Of a stretch of DNA of 64,000 bases, positions 48,530 to 58,482 are shown piece after piece; within the stretch, counting starts at the first letter, position 1; the number at the start of each line of letters is the position of its first letter. Under the pieces are notes generated by a model. It was given only the letters and a program-made list of their open reading frames with translations. It did no database searches and was not told where the DNA came from. Made by a program: the position numbers and the translations under genes. The stretch lies in IMG/VR virus record IMGVR_UViG_3300033153_007973, positions 170,009 through 234,008 of that record. One strand, 5' to 3'.

Positions 48530-50378
48530 TGCTTTTAGTGTTGATGTCAGTTCCATTTCCTACCTTCCCTTCTTTGATGTTGATTTTCTCGAAGCCTTCG
48601 ATATCGAGATCCTCTGGAGAGATTACGATAATGGTGCACTCTGTATCCTTTGCGATTTCTTTAGCCATAGATGTAATTGGACTAATATCTATGACTCTTC
48701 TGATGTCATCGATAATTACGATGCCCGCTTTAGATACTTTAGAGATAGCTTGTTGTACTGCAACACATATTTTGTAGCGTTCGCTCTCAGATAGATAATC
48801 AAATGGTAGATCATGAACAACTAGGTCAACCTCATCAGGAGATAGTGTAATATCATCTGTATTAGCAAGATGTTTTCCCCATACTTTGATTTCATTAGCG
48901 AGAGGCTTCATTCTGGACATGACCATTCTTCTCCATGCTGCCGTAGGTCTAAGCTCCTTCTGTAGCATCTCCCAGAGAGTTAACTCTTTCGATCCCTTAT
49001 TGATTACTCTGTCCGCATCTGTTATCTGTTTCTCAATACTAGCAGGAGACGTAGTCTCACTGACTTGTTGAATACTAGAGAAGTCCTTTCCCTTAACTGC
49101 TTCCTCAAGGCTAGTAACAGATGCTTCGATACTTTCGATTGTCTTCTCTGTTCTTTCCTGTGATGATTTCAGAAGGGCTAATGTCTTCTCCAAGGCTTGT
49201 GATGCTTCCTCTTCTTTTTTGATTTCGAGCAAGGCTTCAGTTGCGATGTCACATTTCCCCTGGAATGTATCATATGCTTCAAGAGCAATTTCGCTAGCTG
49301 CATTTGCTTTCTTTAGTTCTTCTTGTGTCTTCTCCAAGTTATCAGAGATTAATGCGGAGAGTTTGGTTTCTGATAGTTGGCATCCTCCGAAGTGCGGACA
49401 AGGCACTTTAGAAGGATCAGCTTTCTTCAGACTTTCAACAAGAGAGAAGAGTCTTGTCCATTCTTTGTCAAGTTCATCCGAATTGAGAGCTTCCTGTCTC
49501 ATATGTGCTTCAGTTATAGCTTTCGTGTGCGGTTCCTTCTTCTTATCGAACTCTTCTTTGGATGTAATACTATTTGTTATGGTCTCGATGCGTTTCTTTA
49601 TTTCTATAAGATTCTCTTTCTTTCCTTCAAGATCAGGTTTTATGACGTTGAGATTTGCATTGTCCTCCCACCATTGTGCGATCTCGTCAGTATTATTTGT
49701 AGGTTCCTTGTGTTCTTTCTTTGCCTCTTCGAGGTTGACAGTAAGTTTGTCTCTCGCTTCTTGCTGGAGTTCTAGACTAACGTCAAGCTTGGATCTCTTT
49801 GTCCTCACCGCGGCGCCGAGCTGTTTGTATATAGCAAGAGCATCGTTTCCACCAGCATCCATGTCATCAGCATTGAGCAATGCTTTGGTTGCTTCCTTAT
49901 GTTCTTCACGAATACCGGCGATGACTTCATCCTTAATGGTCTTAAGTGTGATCTGACCAAGGACTAGCTTGGAGAACATTCGTACACGTTCGTCCTTGGT
50001 CATGTTCTCGAAGCGGTGGGTACTACAAAGGACCTGGGCAACATCTTTGTCGACGCCCACGAAATCGAGAAGTGCTTGATGATTCATGAGGTTGGTACGT
50101 TGTGGTTTGGAGGGATCCACTGGGATGATCTTCTCAATGATACGCGTAGATTCACCCATAGCAAACTCGGCCTTGACTCTGGCTTCCTTCTGTCCTCTTC
50201 TTACGAGGGGTCTAGAGTCTGGGAAGCTGGCGTTGCCCCTAAGTGCTACCTCAAGAGCGTACCTGATAGTGCTCTTCCCGGACCCTTCTGGTCCGGTAAT
50301 GATGAGCGCGTGTGGAATCTTTATGTCAGTGTTCTCGTGGTTTCTGAAGTCCTTAATTGTTAGTCGTTTTAGTTTCAC
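48510..50378 (-). CDS. Rad50/SbcC-like SMC ATPase
   Basis: 'IKDFRNH', Walker A 'GPEGSGKST', long coiled coil with hook-like 'CPHFGGC', signature 'LSESE', Walker B 'IIIDD'-type 'VIIDDI'. Confidence 0.85.
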   Translation of the reverse strand: MKLKRLTIKDFRNHENTDIKIPHALIITGPEGSGKSTIRYALEVALRGNASFPDSRPLVRRGQKEARVKAEFAMGESTRIIEKIIPVDPSKPQRTNLMNHQALLDFVGVDKDVAQVLCSTHRFENMTKDERVRMFSKLVLGQITLKTIKDEVIAGIREEHKEATKALLNADDMDAGGNDALAIYKQLGAAVRTKRSKLDVSLELQQEARDKLTVNLEEAKKEHKEPTNNTDEIAQWWEDNANLNVIKPDLEGKKENLIEIKKRIETITNSITSKEEFDKKKEPHTKAITEAHMRQEALNSDELDKEWTRLFSLVESLKKADPSKVPCPHFGGCQLSETKLSALISDNLEKTQEELKKANAASEIALEAYDTFQGKCDIATEALLEIKKEEEASQALEKTLALLKSSQERTEKTIESIEASVTSLEEAVKGKDFSSIQQVSETTSPASIEKQITDADRVINKGSKELTLWEMLQKELRPTAAWRRMVMSRMKPLANEIKVWGKHLANTDDITLSPDEVDLVVHDLPFDYLSESERYKICVAVQQAISKVSKAGIVIIDDIRRVIDISPITSMAKEIAKDTECTIIVISPEDLDIEGFEKINIKEGKVGNGTDINTKSNAEGEN

Positions 50379-50408
50379 CGATTCTCTCCTGCCTGCTTAA
50401 GTCCATCT

Positions 50409-51065
50409 TTAATCGTCATCCTCTTCCTCCTCATCCCCATATGTTTTGGGGAATCTCTTTTTGATGCTCTCTGGTATTGAGCGGCGTAGTTTCCTAAGTA
50501 TGAATCCTGCAGCTCTTAGGTCATTCCTGTTAGTACTGGATGAGAGTTCCATAGCATCTTTCTCACTAAATATGAACGTGTTTTGTTTCTTCGTAACAGG
50601 ATCCCAGATTCGGATCTGAATGCCGTCGATGAGTGACCTCCCGCGGACCCGATCGGCACTATCGCCCCAGTTTTCATCTGGATCTTTAACCCATATGCTC
50701 TCATGGCTTGAGTTAAAGTATCCCTTCCCGCTGATGTCGTCACGATCGTTGATTGCCAACATTTTCTCAACCTTCCAGTGAAGATCATCATTTTCAAACT
50801 TTGGATGTTCTACTTGTGGTGGCACGACTAAAGTCTTAGGATCTAGCTTAGGCTCATGTGTGAGATTAGTATTACATGTTATAGTTGTAACCGATGCAAT
50901 AAGAAAGAGAAAGATTAGTCCCCCAGCGACAACATATGTTCCATTTACCGTGTTTAATAGTAACTGTACGATCTTCTTTAGTATGTCCCAGATATCTTTG
51001 AACTTCTCTCCTATTGAGTTGAGTAGGTTGAAGATCTCTTGTTCTTTACTTTTCTTCTTTTGCAT
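50409..51065 (-). CDS. membrane-anchored hypothetical protein
   Basis: TM 'VVAGGLIFLFLIASV'. Confidence 0.5.
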   Translation of the reverse strand: MQKKKSKEQEIFNLLNSIGEKFKDIWDILKKIVQLLLNTVNGTYVVAGGLIFLFLIASVTTITCNTNLTHEPKLDPKTLVVPPQVEHPKFENDDLHWKVEKMLAINDRDDISGKGYFNSSHESIWVKDPDENWGDSADRVRGRSLIDGIQIRIWDPVTKKQNTFIFSEKDAMELSSSTNRNDLRAAGFILRKLRRSIPESIKKRFPKTYGDEEEEDDD

Positions 51066-52023
51066 TATTAATCTCCCTTCTGTAGATATCAGTGACAAAC
51101 TTCTGCGCTAGTGTTGACATCGGTTTGTCAGGAAGATTTGATGTCTTCATAAGTCCTTCGATCTGACTAATAGTTGTCGTAATGATCGTATCAATTACAT
51201 AGAACTTGATCTTACCTGTCTTAATTTGCAATAGGAAGTCTGCATTCGGCCGCGGGAATGTGATTTTCTTATCCCTAAGGAGCTCACGTGCTTCTTCAGC
51301 TACACGTACGGCGTGCATCAATGCTTTCCAGTCGTTGTACTCCATGTTGGCTGCTTTCTTTACGCGTTTACCATACTTGCTGAGAATGTTTTTGATGATC
51401 TTGACTGCTTGTTCTATAGAATCATTCTCAGAGATCATTTTGCCACATACCTTAAGGTATTTTTCCTTTCTGCCTGTGCCATCTTTATGTATAATCTCTT
51501 CGAAAGATATATGCTCTTTAGGAGATTTGGTGATGTCAATTTCGCAGTCCTTGATCTTTAGGGGAGGAGATCCTTTGCAATCGGGGTCTCTTTTGGAATA
51601 TGGAAGTAGGATATCATGTATAGTCTGTGCTACTTTCATTCTCTCAGCTTTGACACAATACATATAGGCTTGTGCTTTGCAGAATCCCACCATTTTTGTG
51701 ACATTCTTGCTGATGAAATGCTTCCTGCCTACTTCAACCAGTTTATGCCAGTCATCTGTAGCATCATGAACCATATTATCAGGAGCAAATAGCATATCAT
51801 GCGCGGAAGTCTGTCCTTCCATGAGTAACTGTATATATCTGTGCAAGGGAAGGCGTTCGATGTCTAGATCATCGACGTTATTGTTACGAGTGATTTTGTC
51901 TGCATTCTGAAGAAGAATGTCATCGATATCAGGGATGTATACTTCCTTAAGGTCTGTATCTGATGTGGGCAAAGCGGTACCGTACAGATGCGACCCAACG
52001 GTCACTTTAGCAATGACTTTCAT
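51046..52023 (-). CDS. Pol-beta superfamily nucleotidyltransferase (RlaP / T4 NrdC.11-like)
   Basis: 'GSHLYGTALPTSDTDLKEVY', 'WKALMHAVR...FPRPNADFLLQIKTG'. Confidence 0.85.
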   Translation of the reverse strand: MKVIAKVTVGSHLYGTALPTSDTDLKEVYIPDIDDILLQNADKITRNNNVDDLDIERLPLHRYIQLLMEGQTSAHDMLFAPDNMVHDATDDWHKLVEVGRKHFISKNVTKMVGFCKAQAYMYCVKAERMKVAQTIHDILLPYSKRDPDCKGSPPLKIKDCEIDITKSPKEHISFEEIIHKDGTGRKEKYLKVCGKMISENDSIEQAVKIIKNILSKYGKRVKKAANMEYNDWKALMHAVRVAEEARELLRDKKITFPRPNADFLLQIKTGKIKFYVIDTIITTTISQIEGLMKTSNLPDKPMSTLAQKFVTDIYRREINNAKEEK

Positions 52024-52032
52024 GATTCCTCC

Positions 52033-52326
52033 CTATTTTTCCTTGAGTGTTGGATCGAAGATGAAGTTAGGATCTGTTGGTAACTTCTCTCGTCTTATGT
52101 TTTCCTCTTTGATGGCACGCACTGAAGCTAGAACCCTTGCTTCGCCCTTTCCATCTACGAGTTCAGTAATTAGATTTTGCTGGTCTGATGATACATATAT
52201 CATCAGTCCCTTACCTGCGCCATAGCAGTCTTGAACTAAACTGAGTGGTACTTCTATTCTTCCGCCTGCTTGGTATACTATGGCAGCTAGTGCTGCTAAG
52301 TTTCTTTCATCCTGAACTGGCAACAT
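52033..52326 (-). CDS. hypothetical protein
   Basis: TAATG-coupled to the upstream gene. Confidence 0.5.
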   Translation of the reverse strand: MLPVQDERNLAALAAIVYQAGGRIEVPLSLVQDCYGAGKGLMIYVSSDQQNLITELVDGKGEARVLASVRAIKEENIRREKLPTDPNFIFDPTLKEK

Positions 52327-52871
52327 TATACGTTTCGGTCGCTCGCAAGTTGCTTACTCATCTTGTTTTCAATACCGAATGCAACCAGCTCGTCTCCGAT
52401 CCTCTTGCCGATACGAATCTGTCCTTCCCACATCTCGGAAAGGAAAGTTAGCTTTCTTAGTTGTTTTCTGCTCTCTGCAGTGAGCTTGTATGCTTCCCTC
52501 TCTGCAATAGCTTTCATCATATTCTCTGTGAGACCAGCAGGATCCACGTTAGTAATACCAGCTAGGTCGGGATCAGCATTACCTATCTCATCAGAGTTTC
52601 TGTTCTTTGATCTGATCTTTGCTTCAGCCAGTTTGGCTAGTGTATTAGCTTTAGCTTCTTTGAATTCCTTCTCGGCTACAGCAGCATCAGATCTAGCTTT
52701 TACCACCATATGATGAAGCTCGATCATCGTATGTGTCAAACGTTCGTTGAACTTTCTGGTATCTGCTGCAGTTTCTGCATGTGGCTTACCTGTAATGATT
52801 AGTTCTTGGTACTCATTGTACGGAATACGTAGTACTCTTTCGCACTCCTCTTCGGTTAGGATTTTTGGCAT
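52326..52871 (-). CDS. coiled-coil hypothetical protein
   Basis: Helical, Ala/Glu/Lys-rich; start at ATG 52871 after AGGAA. Confidence 0.5.
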   Translation of the reverse strand: MPKILTEEECERVLRIPYNEYQELIITGKPHAETAADTRKFNERLTHTMIELHHMVVKARSDAAVAEKEFKEAKANTLAKLAEAKIRSKNRNSDEIGNADPDLAGITNVDPAGLTENMMKAIAEREAYKLTAESRKQLRKLTFLSEMWEGQIRIGKRIGDELVAFGIENKMSKQLASDRNV

Positions 52872-53151
52872 CTTTTCCTTCCTCCACGTTTCTGGCTTCT
52901 TGTTCAGCCATAGTTGCTTCTTCTTTAAGTTCCCTTGCAATAATCTTATTGCAGGTAACAGTTGTTGCTCGTTTGACTTCTTTACGTATGCTTTTGCTTT
53001 TCAGGATACGTGCATGTGGTCCGAAATCTCCGATATTAGCACCAACTCTACGTGATCGTCCTACAAACCAACCACCAATGAAAGCACCAATTAGTAGAGA
53101 TATTGCGATTATTGATGATATTCTAAGCGCACGTTCATCAAGTGTGTCCAT
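52813..53151 (-). CDS. small membrane protein
   Basis: TM 'ISSIIAISLLIGAFIGGWFVG'. Confidence 0.45.
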   Translation of the reverse strand: MDTLDERALRISSIIAISLLIGAFIGGWFVGRSRRVGANIGDFGPHARILKSKSIRKEVKRATTVTCNKIIARELKEEATMAEQEARNVEEGKDAKNPNRRGVRKSTTYSVQ

Positions 53152-54016
53152 TTTTCGCCTCCTCTTTTTCATCTTCTGTTGATACCTCCAGAGGAATTCC
53201 TAATGCAGCTAACTTCTCTGTTTCATTTAGTGGAGTTAGCTTTTCGATAGTTCTATTCACTAGCTGCGGAAGAGGCATGAATATCTTCTTGGTTTCATCA
53301 TTCCTGGTTTCTAGGTCTGCCGCGCCGCGCAACACTCTGGTAGCCATAGTATGTATGACTAATCCTTTGGATAATCTGATGTTCTCCTTACATGTGGCTG
53401 CACCAGAGGTATTCTTACCAAGTCCTTTAGTCTGTCTAATTGCTAACCTGGCAAAACAACAGATGGGTCTATTGCTGTACGTAGTACAGAGCTTCGTGCT
53501 CTTATCTAAGAAAGGGCACGCCATCTTCAATTCGAATGCTTTTTGTGCTGCCTCCTTGAGTTTCCCCTTGTCCCAAAGTTCATAGACACCTGCTTCTTCG
53601 TATGCAGCATCAAGCATATCAACCATAGATACTGTGGCAGCATAGTCTCCTTGTTGTATAGATTGTGCAATTAGTAAAGCTTCTTCGCCATAAGTGATAG
53701 GAACTAATGTATAACAACAAAGACAGCACTTTTCTTTGCATGCTGTCTTGTATGCCTTCTTTTTGCCGTTAACTTTAAGTTTCTTAAGCCCTTCAAGATC
53801 TTCTTGAACAGCGAGGTATGCTTTAGCTCTTGCAGCATCTATATTAGCGATGAATTCTTGTGGATCACGAGGTCTTATCTTCAGGACATCACTTCCCCCC
53901 TTTTCCTTGAAGACACTCTTCTGCATCTTTTGCACAGCATCTTCGGGTGGTTTCTCTGTCTGTCCCATCATGAGTCCTGTATTCATGTCTTCTGGCTTAT
54001 CCATTCTTTCCTCCAT
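53138..54016 (-). CDS. YkgJ-family cysteine-cluster (Fe-S/Zn) protein
   Basis: 'CKEKCCLCC', 'CPFLD...CTTYSNRPICC'. Confidence 0.8.
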   Translation of the reverse strand: MEERMDKPEDMNTGLMMGQTEKPPEDAVQKMQKSVFKEKGGSDVLKIRPRDPQEFIANIDAARAKAYLAVQEDLEGLKKLKVNGKKKAYKTACKEKCCLCCYTLVPITYGEEALLIAQSIQQGDYAATVSMVDMLDAAYEEAGVYELWDKGKLKEAAQKAFELKMACPFLDKSTKLCTTYSNRPICCFARLAIRQTKGLGKNTSGAATCKENIRLSKGLVIHTMATRVLRGAADLETRNDETKKIFMPLPQLVNRTIEKLTPLNETEKLAALGIPLEVSTEDEKEEAKNGHT

Positions 54017-54371
54017 AGATGAGCTCGAGTAGTGCTGTTAGTGGTAGCATTGCTACCATCTTGTTAGTTTTTGATGGTGTAATGATAATTCCTTTTCTTC
54101 CTCTCATTGCTGCTTGTAGTGCTATCTTTTCTAGTTCATTATCAGTCGCGATAGCACTTTTTGCGTTGCCCTTCCATTTGGCATCGATAGCAATCTGTGG
54201 TCTGTCAGGATGATGCTGAGAAACTATGTCTCCATCGTTATGTACAGCACCAGATCCTTTTGTCTTAATGAATCCTTCATCGTATTTGTGAATGAGTTCA
54301 AGGATCTCATCCTCATACTCATCACCAATGTCTCGTGTGTCTAGTCCTTTTGCCACTGTTTCTTTATCCAT
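53997..54371 (-). CDS. Hjc-like PD-(D/E)XK resolvase/endonuclease
   Basis: 'TKGSGA..DGDIV...IAIDAKW'. Confidence 0.65.
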   Translation of the reverse strand: MDKETVAKGLDTRDIGDEYEDEILELIHKYDEGFIKTKGSGAVHNDGDIVSQHHPDRPQIAIDAKWKGNAKSAIATDNELEKIALQAAMRGRKGIIITPSKTNKMVAMLPLTALLELIYGGKNG

Positions 54372-55180
54372 TTCTCTACGATTTCTATATCTTTTGTGTT
54401 TGTTGCTGGATTATCCATCATTGCTAAGGGAAGTAGTGTTTCTACTATCTTGTTGTTCAGGATATTACCATCATAGTCCATAGGAAGCGTTGCAATCCTG
54501 CCTTCCTTAGTTCCCTTACCGCGATATCTTTCCAGCTTAAGTTGGCTGATGGAATACTTCTCTCGTTTCTCTACGCGCTTCATATAGATAGACATAGTCA
54601 TCATGCCTTGAAGGCCAGGTCGTCGAGCATAGTATCCACCCTTCATGTTAGCTCTGATTTGGTTGCATACTATTAGGATGGTTTCTGTGATGCCACATGA
54701 TGACATAAGTTGTATAACAGAGCCAGGATCGGTAACACAAGCAAAGTCGTCTAGAATTATGATGTTGTATTCTCCGACCGCGGGGATGACTGGAGCAATC
54801 TCTGCAGTTTGGACAATGCTGAAGTCTCCGCTCAGTTTAGTTATATAGTTTTTGTTTGCTGCAAAAGTAGTGTCAATGAGAAGGATTTTCCCGCCACAAC
54901 ATGCAGTTTGACTAGCAATATTAAGAGCGAGTGCGGTTTTACCTGATGAGGGAGGGCCCCAAATGTGTACTCTACTTGAGGGATTGAGTGGTCCTGCTAC
55001 ATAATCGTATGGAAGAACACCACTCCATACATCACCTCCGATGGAGATCTTCCTTTTCTCTGTGGAAGATGCTAGATGGATCATGTTCAGGAGTTTGTGC
55101 CTGACTCGGTGATTATCAATACCTATATCGGTAATGAGTTTATCGATATCGATAAGCTTTTGTTCTCTTGGGTCTTCCAT
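54341..55180 (-). CDS. divergent RecA/RadA-like ATPase (second paralog)
   Basis: Walker A 'WGPPSSGKT', 'ILLIDT', Walker B 'IIILDD', 'IVCNQIR'. Confidence 0.7.
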   Translation of the reverse strand: MEDPREQKLIDIDKLITDIGIDNHRVRHKLLNMIHLASSTEKRKISIGGDVWSGVLPYDYVAGPLNPSSRVHIWGPPSSGKTALALNIASQTACCGGKILLIDTTFAANKNYITKLSGDFSIVQTAEIAPVIPAVGEYNIIILDDFACVTDPGSVIQLMSSCGITETILIVCNQIRANMKGGYYARRPGLQGMMTMSIYMKRVEKREKYSISQLKLERYRGKGTKEGRIATLPMDYDGNILNNKIVETLLPLAMMDNPATNTKDIEIVEKWIKKQWQKD

Positions 55181-55215
55181 ATTCTCTATGCTCAGAAAGT
55201 AGGGCCAAGGGGCGC

Positions 55216-55629
55216 CTACTCCTTCTCAGTCTCTTGCTTTATAGCTTGATCAAAGCTAGACTCTTCCGGAGTTGGTACCCCTTCGTCCTGGTGTGCACCA
55301 GCTGCTCTCTCCATGGCTTTACTTACATCTTCATATCCAGCCTTGATGAGAGAATTGAGTTTCCTGTTTTCTTTGCCATCCATTGTATCTCGGGCGAGAA
55401 CCTCTGCCATTACCGCTTGCATAGCAGTAGAGATAATGACTCGGATTATCTCGTCTCTAGGCTGTCGATGATTCTTTGCAGCTACTAAGACTTCCTTGGA
55501 TCCATCTGTGGCTTTCTTCATGAGCCAGTTCCAAAACTCTGGTTCTCTCTCACAGATGTACTCCTGTGCCTTAGTTCCAATGGCATCAGCAGATTCTAGG
55601 ATACGTGAAGTAATGATGGATTCACCCAT
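55216..55629 (-). CDS. hypothetical protein
   Basis: ORF in the operon; no motif recognised. Confidence 0.5.
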   Translation of the reverse strand: MGESIITSRILESADAIGTKAQEYICEREPEFWNWLMKKATDGSKEVLVAAKNHRQPRDEIIRVIISTAMQAVMAEVLARDTMDGKENRKLNSLIKAGYEDVSKAMERAAGAHQDEGVPTPEESSFDQAIKQETEKE

Positions 55630-55641
55630 CTTCTTACTCCG

Positions 55642-55845
55642 TTACGACTGGCTGTTCTGGGCAACAACTTTGGAGTCCTTGTCTCTGGACTCCTCTCTGA
55701 ATGTTAAGTCTTTATGTTCGCTGATATGCGAAAGACTTTCGGCAATCTCACTCAGATGTTTTGTACAGCTGCCCTTTACTCCATGGACATCGACTTCAAT
55801 CTTTCCGTCGATATCAATGGTTGCGGTTACACCTTTCTGTGACAT
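55642..55845 (-). CDS. DUF2997-like small protein
   Basis: 'IDIDGKIEVDVHGVKGSCTK..EIAESL'. Confidence 0.7.
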   Translation of the reverse strand: MSQKGVTATIDIDGKIEVDVHGVKGSCTKHLSEIAESLSHISEHKDLTFREESRDKDSKVVAQNSQS

Positions 55846-55880
55846 ATTCCTCTCCTTTGTTAACGTATCGGGAACGTTTC

Positions 55881-56222
55881 TTAGACGTTCGCCTGGATTA
55901 CGTACTTGCTGTTCTTTTCCAGGTTACGCAGGCCTGGTTCCTGAATGTTCTTGTAGCCACGTTCCATGAACAGTTCACGGACTGCAACGACGTTGCAAGC
56001 CTGGAGAAAACGATTGACATGCTGCTTGTTCATGGTGTCACCTTTGGCATCAAACGTTCCATTCGTGTTCTTTTTGAACGTGACGGAACCGTAGTAGCCT
56101 TCGTTGACGTGAACCTTCAGAGTGTCCTTGATTTTCTCCACCTTGTGACCACGTTCTTTAGCAGCTTGCTCAATATGACTCTCACAAGATACTTTGGTCT
56201 TAACTGTTAGAATCCCACTCAA
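55881..56222 (-). CDS. DUF1257 (Ycf35-like) protein
   Basis: GAGGAGG then TTG start at 56222; 'TVKTKV...AAKERG...VTFKKNTNGTFDAKGD...FLQ...ERGY'. Confidence 0.65.
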   Translation of the reverse strand: MSGILTVKTKVSCESHIEQAAKERGHKVEKIKDTLKVHVNEGYYGSVTFKKNTNGTFDAKGDTMNKQHVNRFLQACNVVAVRELFMERGYKNIQEPGLRNLEKNSKYVIQANV

Positions 56223-56342
56223 TGTATTATACCTCCTCTTTAGTTTTATCATTCCATCTGGGATGATATCTTTCTCTCTTTTCCTCAATCGTTTGTATGT
56301 GTACCAACATATACTATTGATCGATTTTGTCAAGCATTTTAT

Positions 56343-58022
56343 TTAACTTTTCTGTCGCGTGATTGATGCGAATTCAGCATGTTTCTTCGCCCAGTTTCGT
56401 AGGTCAACGATCTCTTTCTTGTCGTAGTCAATCCCTTTACACTCACGAATTTGTGCCATAATCATGCTGGTATTCAGTTCTTCGTCCTCAATTACGCTGG
56501 TTGCGACTGCTTCATTCACAATAGATTCGATTTCCGCGCCGGTAAAGTCCTCCATTTCGCTGATGATCTTTTCCTTGTCTTCCTTGGGAAGCTTAAGCGC
56601 ATCTTCACCTCGTTTCTTCATGTGGATTGCGAAGATTTCTGCTCTCTCAGTTGGACCTGGAACATCCATGAAGAACATCTTATCGAATCTTCCTTTCCTC
56701 ATGAACTCTCCGGGTAAAGATTTCACGCGGTTCGCACTGACACCAAAGATGATGTCATTGCTCTCGTTCATTGCGCGTAGGAGCATTCCAAAGATCCTCA
56801 GTGGAACATCGCTTCCTGCGGTCTGCCCCTCACCGACCCCGGCAAGAACCTTGTCTACCTCATCAATGAGACAGAAACAAGGTGCTAGTTTCCTCAAGGT
56901 GTCAAACCCAGCCTGTAACCTGCTCTCACTCTCGCCGACATATCGACCGAGTGCCAGGTTCAGGTTCAGTTCATATGAAGGCAAACCCCATTCTTTACCC
57001 ATTGCTTCTAGTAAGATAGTCTTACCAGATCCTGGGATACCAACCAAGAATATTCCTTTCATCTGAACATTCTTTGCTTTGGCTTTCTCCCATTTCTCAA
57101 CGATGGATTTGCGTCTGTTGATGAACTTCTTTACTACTTCGTATCCACCAACATCTTCCATGCGAATGGTCTCGCTGAGTTCTTTCACAACTGCATTGCT
57201 TCTAAAGATACCGCTTCTGATCCACGTTGCTGCCTGGACCATTGCGTCAATCCGTTTCTTTCCTGCTAGATCATCAGCACCTTTGTGAGCAGCAGCTGCT
57301 ACCATGGTACACTCATTCTGGATTAGACCACCAAGGTGTTCCCATAGTTGTTTCGGATAGATTAGGTTACCCTTCTTGTCCTTCTTCTCCGATGTAATCC
57401 ACGATGGAAGTTCGGTCTTCATGGCTCCAAAGACAAAGCAATGTGAAGCTATCTGCGGAGGTGGTTCTAGTGTTTCACCAAGCAGAATTATTGTACTGCT
57501 CGTCGGTACCTGTGATTTCGGTTTGTACTCCTGCATTGCTTCGGAGTGCTGTGTCGAAGTTCCTTGTTTCTTCTTTCCACCTAGAGGCGGTGCTAGCTTG
57601 AACAGCTTATCGGCACCAACATACAGTGACTTACACATACTTACCAATGGAGGTGATCTATCAAATGAATCTCTTTCCATTAGGCACAGGAATACATTGC
57701 TTCCTGGTCTTAGTATCTGTGCATGAGGTGATACTCCAATCACCAAAGATAGCAGAGTTTCTGCATCTGTGATTGGTTGATTTCCCATGGATAACTTAAT
57801 CGTTACCTGTGATACTGTAGGTGCTCCACCACTTAGAGGAAGATCGTACAGGAATAATCCTGCTCCGTTCACAAAGAAATAAGTTCCTCCGGAGTTACCT
57901 CCCCTTGCTTTATGCCCCGCCACTACTGCTAGCAGGGTTGGAACATCCCTGTCTGAGATATGTATTAGCGGTGCTCCTACGTCAAGTAACCGTAGGAATT
58001 CGTCGACTTTCTTTAGAGCCAT
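56343..58022 (-). CDS. Ycf46-like AAA+ ATPase
   Basis: Degenerate N-terminal AAA-like region; 'EDVGG', 'GIPGSGKT', 'LIDEVDK', 'MRKGRFD', 'FTGAEIE'. Confidence 0.88.
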   Translation of the reverse strand: MALKKVDEFLRLLDVGAPLIHISDRDVPTLLAVVAGHKARGGNSGGTYFFVNGAGLFLYDLPLSGGAPTVSQVTIKLSMGNQPITDAETLLSLVIGVSPHAQILRPGSNVFLCLMERDSFDRSPPLVSMCKSLYVGADKLFKLAPPLGGKKKQGTSTQHSEAMQEYKPKSQVPTSSTIILLGETLEPPPQIASHCFVFGAMKTELPSWITSEKKDKKGNLIYPKQLWEHLGGLIQNECTMVAAAAHKGADDLAGKKRIDAMVQAATWIRSGIFRSNAVVKELSETIRMEDVGGYEVVKKFINRRKSIVEKWEKAKAKNVQMKGIFLVGIPGSGKTILLEAMGKEWGLPSYELNLNLALGRYVGESESRLQAGFDTLRKLAPCFCLIDEVDKVLAGVGEGQTAGSDVPLRIFGMLLRAMNESNDIIFGVSANRVKSLPGEFMRKGRFDKMFFMDVPGPTERAEIFAIHMKKRGEDALKLPKEDKEKIISEMEDFTGAEIESIVNEAVATSVIEDEELNTSMIMAQIRECKGIDYDKKEIVDLRNWAKKHAEFASITRQKS

Positions 58023-58049
58023 CGTGTCCTCCTAGTAGGAGAACTGGGA

Positions 58050-58472
58050 CTATCCGTCCCAGTCACTCCCACCTTTTTCGTCACTTGCAGGTGCAGCCTG
58101 CTCTGTCTTCGCGCCATCGGATGCTGGTTTGGCTTCGCCACTGCCCTTTGCAGGACCATCGCCCAACAGGGTGATGTCATTAGCATTGACACGAACTTTC
58201 CAGTATCGAGTAGATTTTCCTTCCTTCTCGACGTCGTCATAGTACAGCCCACCATTTACAAACATGATGCGCTTCCCACCTTTGATGTAGTCGGCGAGCT
58301 TTCCATCTTTGCGAACGAAGATCTCGACATTAATAAACTGTCGATCCTTCCGTTCTGCTTTGGGCTTCTGGCTCCGCACGGACAAACCAAAGTTCACGAA
58401 GCGACCAGTATCACCGGCTTCGTTGATCCTCACGTTGTCAGTAACGTAACCTTCAGCTGTTACCTTAATCAT
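58050..58472 (-). CDS. ssb: single-stranded DNA-binding protein
   Basis: OB fold 'VNFGLSV...FINVEIF...YIKGGK'; acidic tail 'GGSDWDG'. Confidence 0.8.
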   Translation of the reverse strand: MIKVTAEGYVTDNVRINEAGDTGRFVNFGLSVRSQKPKAERKDRQFINVEIFVRKDGKLADYIKGGKRIMFVNGGLYYDDVEKEGKSTRYWKVRVNANDITLLGDGPAKGSGEAKPASDGAKTEQAAPASDEKGGSDWDG

Positions 58473-58482
58473 TGTAATCCTC

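Noticed and set aside
49219-49956. Long + strand ORFs opposite real genes (also 23701-24234, 36834-37436, 56464-57066 and others)
   Set aside because: Antisense shadows of minus-strand genes; Ser/Phe/Leu-rich, without SD or motifs.
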